A stretch of DNA of 11,748 nucleotides, taken from contig JAEOSI010000049.1 in the NCBI GenBank assembly GCA_016840425.1, forward strand, positions 1 to 11,748. The letters are read 5' to 3'. Positions within the stretch are counted from its first letter, which is position 1, and each line of letters opens with the position of its first letter. The notes below the pieces were generated by a model, which ran no database searches, was not told the DNA's origin, and saw nothing but the letters and a program-made list of their open reading frames with translations. This DNA is from Candidatus Wukongarchaeum yapensis. Lineage in GTDB: Archaea; Asgardarchaeota; Wukongarchaeia; Wukongarchaeales; Wukongarchaeaceae. The position numbers and the translations under genes were made by a program. Below are positions 7,738 to 11,748 of this stretch, piece by piece.

Positions 7738-8227
7738 TTATTTCGGCCTCTAGTTTGTTTAAATCTATCAAAGCTATGGTTTTTTTACCTGTAAGCCAGC
7801 CGCAAGCTTCCCCAGGGTTTACCACTAAAACACCATCAATCTTTTCTATTTTAGGCCAATGGGTATGGCCTGTTACCACCACATCAAATAGTTTTGAACG
7901 TATAATGATATCTAAAAGTAAATTATTTTCACCATGATATATGGCGATTCTCCGGTTTTCGACGGTTAAGTCGGCAAGTTTTCCACGGATTTCAGCACCA
8001 ATCTCTTCAAAACGGTTCTTTATAAGCTCTTTTTCGGCTTCGTTGTTACCAAAAACTCCTATAAGTTTGGCTTTTAATTTCTCAAAAGGCTTAGTGACAA
8101 AAGGAGACACATAATCCCCCGCATGAAGTACTAAAGCGACCTTTTCAGAGTTAAATCTTTTAACAGCAGCCTCAATGGCGTCCATATGATCATGAGTATC
8201 GGCGATACAGCCTATTACAACCATCAA
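7727..8227 (-). CDS. Metallophosphoesterase, MJ0936/YfcE/Vps29-like family
   Basis: ADTHD, HAGD, GNNE, YHG, GHTH, NPGE motifs; GGAGG RBS; overlaps the methylase start by 11 nt. The start may be the ATG at 8224. Confidence 0.92.
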   Translation of the reverse strand: MMVVIGCIADTHDHMDAIEAAVKRFNSEKVALVLHAGDYVSPFVTKPFEKLKAKLIGVFGNNEAEKELIKNRFEEIGAEIRGKLADLTVENRRIAIYHGENNLLLDIIIRSKLFDVVVTGHTHWPKIEKIDGVLVVNPGEACGWLTGKKTIALIDLNKLEAEIIEL

Positions 8228-8368
8228 AACTTACCTCCACACAATATTACAGTATACCATCCATGCAGGCAATCTTTTTTATTTTTTCTCATCTTTAACG
8301 AAAAAATTCAATAAATAAGGGGAATTGATAGATAAAAGTATGGAACGATGATTGGTGGGTTTTGAAAA

Positions 8369-8815
8369 ATGGGATCTAAAATAGGTAATAAGAAGGGGGG
8401 GATATTCAAAAAAGGCGAAGTAACGTTAGAAGAAGTGATTGCAGCTGTAAGAGAAAACTCGGATTTTTATAAAGCAGGTGCTATTGTAAGTTTTGTGGGG
8501 GTAGTTCGCGGTGTTACAAAGGAGGGAGAAGAGGTTCTAGGTTTGGAGCTTGAAGCTTATGAAGAGAAAGCTGAAGAAGTGCTTTTAGAGATAGTAAGAG
8601 AAATTGAATCAAGGGAAGATATTGTTGATGCAAGGATCTTTCACGCTGTCGGAGATTTCAGCGTGGGTGAAGATTTGGTATACGTTGTTTTAGCAGGAGG
8701 TCATAGAGAAGATCTTTTTCCAGCGCTTAAAGAAGCGGTTGAAAGTTACAAAAAAAGGGCATACATATGGAAAAAAGAGAAAACAATAAGCGGTGAGAGA
8801 TGGCTTGAAGAGTGA
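8369..8815 (+). CDS. moaE: Molybdopterin synthase catalytic subunit MoaE
   Basis: GAIVSFVGVVRG, LELEAYEEKA, GHREDLF, IWKKE...GERW. Confidence 0.92.
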   Translation: MGSKIGNKKGGIFKKGEVTLEEVIAAVRENSDFYKAGAIVSFVGVVRGVTKEGEEVLGLELEAYEEKAEEVLLEIVREIESREDIVDARIFHAVGDFSVGEDLVYVVLAGGHREDLFPALKEAVESYKKRAYIWKKEKTISGERWLEE

Positions 8816-8872
8816 TACTGCACTCTTACAGACCGAAGTTCCATACATGTCAACAGACTGTTCCATTTTTAC

Positions 8873-9083
8873 TTTGTCGGCGGGAAGTCTCCCTGTGAAA
8901 GCGGAGAGATGAAAGCCGAATAATAACAAGATATTTTATAGTCATAATAATAACAATATAAAAGCGTAGGGTAGGGATTACCCGAATTTACGCCTGCTGA
9001 GACAGAACCTCTACCAAGAGAAATCCAGGCAAGTTCAGTCGTTGAACCAAGGAAGCTCCCTGCGGCGGCTGGGAGTAGTTCAC
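8873..9083 (+). mobile_element. 211-bp non-autonomous IS200/IS605 mini-element (PATE/MITE-like): left end + AT-rich spacer + tnpB 3'-tail/omegaRNA + right end
   Basis: TTAC (8869-8872) precedes the left end TCGGC-GG-GAAG-TCTCC..GAAA..GGAGA-GATGAAA-GCCGA (8877-8919). The right end is GAAG-CTCCC..GGGAG-TAGT-TCAC (9052-9083). No transposase or nuclease ORF lies inside. Confidence 0.82.
8934..8941 (+). promoter_or_regulatory. Candidate TATA box (TTTTATAG) for the omegaRNA
   Basis: Purine-rich AACAAGA just upstream; about 25 nt upstream of G8964, where the first structured stem begins. Confidence 0.5.
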
Positions 9084-9103
9084 TTGTGCTGAAACTTTTC
9101 GAG
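8964..9103 (+). ncRNA. Putative TnpB omegaRNA (scaffold 8964-9083 plus ~20-nt guide 9084-9103 TTGTGCTGAAACTTTTCGAG)
   Basis: Nested stems GCGTA/TACGC and GGGTA/TACCC, plus CTCT/AGAG, GTTCA/TGAAC, GCCTG/CAGGC and the terminal CTCCC/GGGAG hairpin ending in TCAC. The frame from 8966 reads VG*GLPEFTPAETEPLP..QASSVVE, which I recognise as the typical tnpB C-terminal tail that overlaps omegaRNAs. Confidence 0.75.
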
Positions 9104-9121
9104 TGATAAAGAGAAAAATAG

Positions 9122-9778
9122 TTAGGGTGTGTATTCGAAGACAAGGACTTCTGTCTCTTCCGGTAGGTCATTTTTCGTGATTGTCACCGTGTTTGACCCC
9201 GCTTTTTTGACTTTTTTACCCTCTAAAAACGGCTCAAGGCTTCCGATGCCTACGGTAAGCCCTGGAAGTTTATAATGCATGGGGACTACTATGTTAGGTT
9301 TTAATTGCTCGGTGACGATAGTTGCGCTCTCAGCGTCGACTGTGTAAACTCCGCCTACTGGTACGAATAAAACGTTTACTTTTCCAATCTTCTCTATTTG
9401 TTCTTCTGTAAAAGTGTGGCCGAGATCTCCTGTATGGCAGAACTTTATCCCGTCTAATTCGAAAACAAAAACGGTATTGTCTCCTCTTAGAGATCCCCCT
9501 TTGTCATCATGCTTGACAGGTACGCCTTTAACATGAAAGTTACCAACATTGTATGATCCTGGTTTGTCAATTACTTTTTTGTAACCTTTAACCACTTCTG
9601 GATGGTTATGATCAAAATGGGAATGAGAAACAAGAACGATTTCTGCCGTAACTTCAGGCTTTTTTAGACCGATGGATACACCATCATGAGGGTCTATAAC
9701 GACGCCTAAAGTCTCCCCTTCAACTGGGGACCCCTCAACAAGCCAACACGCGTGGCCAAACCATGTTACCTTAGCCAA
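9122..9778 (-). CDS. MBL-fold metallo-hydrolase (Lactamase_B_3-like)
   Basis: WFGHAC, IDP, VSHSHFDH (HxHxDH), H..GD, PVGG, VPMHY; TTG start after GGGGGG. Confidence 0.92.
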   Translation of the reverse strand: MAKVTWFGHACWLVEGSPVEGETLGVVIDPHDGVSIGLKKPEVTAEIVLVSHSHFDHNHPEVVKGYKKVIDKPGSYNVGNFHVKGVPVKHDDKGGSLRGDNTVFVFELDGIKFCHTGDLGHTFTEEQIEKIGKVNVLFVPVGGVYTVDAESATIVTEQLKPNIVVPMHYKLPGLTVGIGSLEPFLEGKKVKKAGSNTVTITKNDLPEETEVLVFEYTP

Positions 9779-9955
9779 ATTAACGCCCCCCTTTCAGAAG
9801 GTTTTATATTTTTTACTTTCACGCAATTAAAAACTTTTACAAAAAAATTGATAACAGAAAAATTGGAAGTAGCTTAACTTTGATCTTCATTAAAAAGCTA
9901 TAAGAAAGCGGGAAACCAAACAAGTTTTACAATAGGTTTAGCTAGGGGAGAAAAA

Positions 9956-10987
9956 ATGAATTCGTTAGAAAGGTTAGAAGCAGCTATGAATTTGGAAGAG
10001 CCTGACAGAGTTCCACTTTTTTACTTATATTTTGGAGCTGGACATTCTGTGCTCAATGAACTTGGCGTTACTATGAGAGATGTCTATTATACTGCTCAAG
10101 GAATCGCGCGGACACAACTGAAAGCCAAAGAAATGTTCGGGCATGATAATATTATGTCACCATGGGGATGCATAACTGTTGAGGCTGAAGCGCTGGGTTC
10201 AAAGATTGAGATAAAGGAAATGGACTACCCTAAAATAGTTGAATATGTTGTAAAGGACCCTAGTGATGTTGATAATCTAGAGGTTGCAGACCCTTTAAAA
10301 GACGGAAGGATGCCGATAGTATTAGAGAGCTTAAAAATACTTGTAGATACTGTAGGCAAAGATATCTCGGTTGTCGGATTCATGGCCTCACCGTTTACTA
10401 TTTTAGACGGGATAAGAGGATTTGATCAAATTGCAAGAGATATGCTGCTGAACCCTGATATTTTAAAGAGGATGTTAGAGATAACAACACGCACTTGCAT
10501 AGAATATGGAAAAACCATGATAGACCAAGGAGTAAATGTAATACTGGTAAAAGACGGGTTCGCTGGCGCCGATGTAATGAGTAGGACGCAATGCTCGGAA
10601 TTCGATATAAAATACTTAAAACCAGTTGTAACATCGCTACAGAATTACGGTGCAAATGTAATAATAGGTAATGTTTCTAGTAAGCCTTACCTCGATATGC
10701 AAGCCGCCTTGAATCCGGATGCCATTTGTTTCGCAGCAGGAGATATAGGCGAAGTTAAAAAGCAGCTTAGAAATAAGGTGTGCTTAATAGGGAATGTAGA
10801 TCATGCAAAAATGCCCTTCAAGAGCGCAAAAGATGTCGAAGAAGAAGCAAAGTCTTGTATAGAGAAGGCAAAGGAGGGAGGTGGCTATGTTCTTTCTACC
10901 GGTTGCGAGATTCCATTAAAAACCCCTACAAATAATGTTAAAGCACTGCTAACAGCGATAGAACGATACGGCGTATATCGAAGATAG
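9956..10987 (+). CDS. Uroporphyrinogen decarboxylase / MtaA-CmuA methyltransferase superfamily protein, divergent active site
   Basis: MNSLERL..EEPDRVP, TVEAEALG, DGRMP, SPFT, GNVD, GGYVLSTGCEI..TP. It lacks both the HemE RQAGR motif and the MtaA HxC motif. Confidence 0.85.
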   Translation: MNSLERLEAAMNLEEPDRVPLFYLYFGAGHSVLNELGVTMRDVYYTAQGIARTQLKAKEMFGHDNIMSPWGCITVEAEALGSKIEIKEMDYPKIVEYVVKDPSDVDNLEVADPLKDGRMPIVLESLKILVDTVGKDISVVGFMASPFTILDGIRGFDQIARDMLLNPDILKRMLEITTRTCIEYGKTMIDQGVNVILVKDGFAGADVMSRTQCSEFDIKYLKPVVTSLQNYGANVIIGNVSSKPYLDMQAALNPDAICFAAGDIGEVKKQLRNKVCLIGNVDHAKMPFKSAKDVEEEAKSCIEKAKEGGGYVLSTGCEIPLKTPTNNVKALLTAIERYGVYRR

Positions 10988-11127
10988 AAATTATAAAAAG
11001 ACAAATGAATCAAAGTTTAGTCTTGACCAAAGATGTTTAAATTCCTTGGTTCTATCTAAATGCTACAGAACCTCAAACTGGTTTCTATCAGTCAAAAGAA
11101 CCGGAAAAATGCCCAACAACCCATAGG

Positions 11128-11243
11128 TGGTGCGGGGGATGGGATTCGAACCCACGCAGGCCTACGCCACTAGGTCCTAAGCCTAGCACCTCAAACCTCG
11201 TGTTTATCTTTTTTTTGGTTTGGCCGGACTCGGTCACCCCCGC
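11128..11243 (-). tRNA. trnL-TAG: tRNA-Leu(UAG) with 28-nt D-loop intron (11192-11219, position ~21/22); CCA encoded
   Basis: Acceptor GCGGGGG/CCCCCGC, A73, CCA; anticodon arm CUAGG-CU UAG GA-CCUAG; long variable arm GGC-GUAG-GCC; T-loop UUCGAAU. Removing 28 nt restores the D-loop GAGUCCGGCCAAA and gives an 88-nt tRNA. Confidence 0.93.
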
Positions 11244-11480
11244 CGCTCAAAAACGCCCCTAAAAGCCTCTACAAGCCGTTTTAGAGACTTTGAACCTTTG
11301 AGGGTGTTTTCTTTAGATCGTAGACGGTTGAAGGTAGAAAGTCCTTTATTGTTTATAAAATCTACGACAAAGCATAGCGGCTGTTTGCGTCTAGTGCTAC
11401 GACTTTCATGTAGTTCTTCAGCGTTTTCGAGGACCGAAACAGCACAGAATTAGCTACAAAAGCAACCAATCGGTTCTCAT

Positions 11481-11597
11481 AAAAACAAAATAAAAAGAAC
11501 ACAACCCCTAAAAACAAAAACAAGAATAAACCCATTACAAAAAAGAAACCAAAAACAAGAAAAAAAAGAAAAAAGCAAAACAAAGAAAAGAAAAAAA
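11481..11597. repeat. Low-complexity A-rich (plus) / T-rich (minus) tract between the two tRNAs
   Basis: About 117 nt of A-runs punctuated by C/G with very few T; no exact repeat unit. Confidence 0.7.
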
Positions 11598-11663
11598 GTC
11601 ACCTCCGCCTGTAAAAAACGCTTCATAGCGATGTTAAAAGTCGAGGGATTATGGAAGGAATGT

Positions 11664-11748
11664 TGGTGCCGCGGAGGGGATTTTCGCCATATTCTACGTT
11701 AGAAAGGTTTTAGTGATTACGGTTTCGAACCCCTGTCGCGAGGGCGAA
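11664..11748 (-). tRNA. trnE-TTC: tRNA-Glu(UUC), 3' part only, with 43-nt T-loop intron (11681-11723, position 59/60); CCA encoded
   Basis: Minus strand: UUC GC CCUCG CGAC AGGGG UUCGAA|intron|U CCCCU CCGCGGC A CCA. G37 and the 4-nt variable region place the anticodon at 11748-11746, and the strict BHB motif is visible. The 5' half is outside the window, so the identity is slightly uncertain. Confidence 0.85.

Noticed and set aside
3161-7937. Short ORFs 3161-3370, 5278-5463, 7135-7353, 7235-7498, 7755-7937
   Set aside because: All lie antisense within well-supported genes and show no motifs.
7990-7998. 9-nt match (GTGCTGAAA, minus strand) to the omegaRNA guide inside the phosphoesterase gene
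   Set aside because: Mismatch at guide position 2, no TTAC/TCAC adjacent, too short to be significant.
8690-9171. ORFs 8690-8929 and 8869-9171 (minus)
   Set aside because: Antisense to moaE and the omegaRNA element and overlapping the MBL gene in another frame; better explained by the RNA element.
9956-11243. UroD-like gene as an island integrated at the tRNA-Leu 3' end (it seems to favour ATA for Ile more than nadK does)
   Set aside because: No duplicated tRNA 3' end (att site) or integrase seen; the codon impression is unquantified.
10398-11453. ORFs 10398-10655 (minus) and 11220-11453 (plus)
   Set aside because: Antisense to the UroD-like gene and to tRNA-Leu and its upstream region, respectively; no coding signal.
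1-11748. CRISPR array, inteins, Sec/Pyl recoding
   Set aside because: No regularly spaced repeats; DP1 and the other proteins are of normal length with no in-frame stops needing read-through.

Overview
AT-rich archaeal chromosomal window. PolD small subunit, eIF5A with GKHG, Nob1 and BHB-type tRNA introns point to a PolD-bearing lineage, possibly TACK/Asgard-like (inference). The left end holds an IS200/IS605-family element missed by the ORF track. It comprises a left-end hairpin, a 52-aa ribbon-helix-helix-like gene and an overlapping, frame-intact tnpB that runs off the window edge and has Gly at the canonical RuvC-II Glu. Housekeeping genes follow: ORF97, DP1, Hsp20, PAC2-family chaperone and eIF5A (minus); NAD kinase and Nob1 (plus); PUA-NSUN6-like methylase and metallophosphoesterase (minus); moaE (plus); MBL-fold hydrolase (minus); and a divergent UroD/MtaA-family gene (plus). 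Between moaE and the MBL gene lies a 211-bp protein-free IS200/IS605 mini-element. It has a left end, a candidate TATA promoter, a TnpB omegaRNA-like scaffold and a TCAC right end, i.e. a candidate stand-alone guide-RNA cassette. The window ends with two tRNAs with non-canonical introns: Leu(UAG) with a D-loop intron and Glu(UUC, partial) with a T-loop intron.
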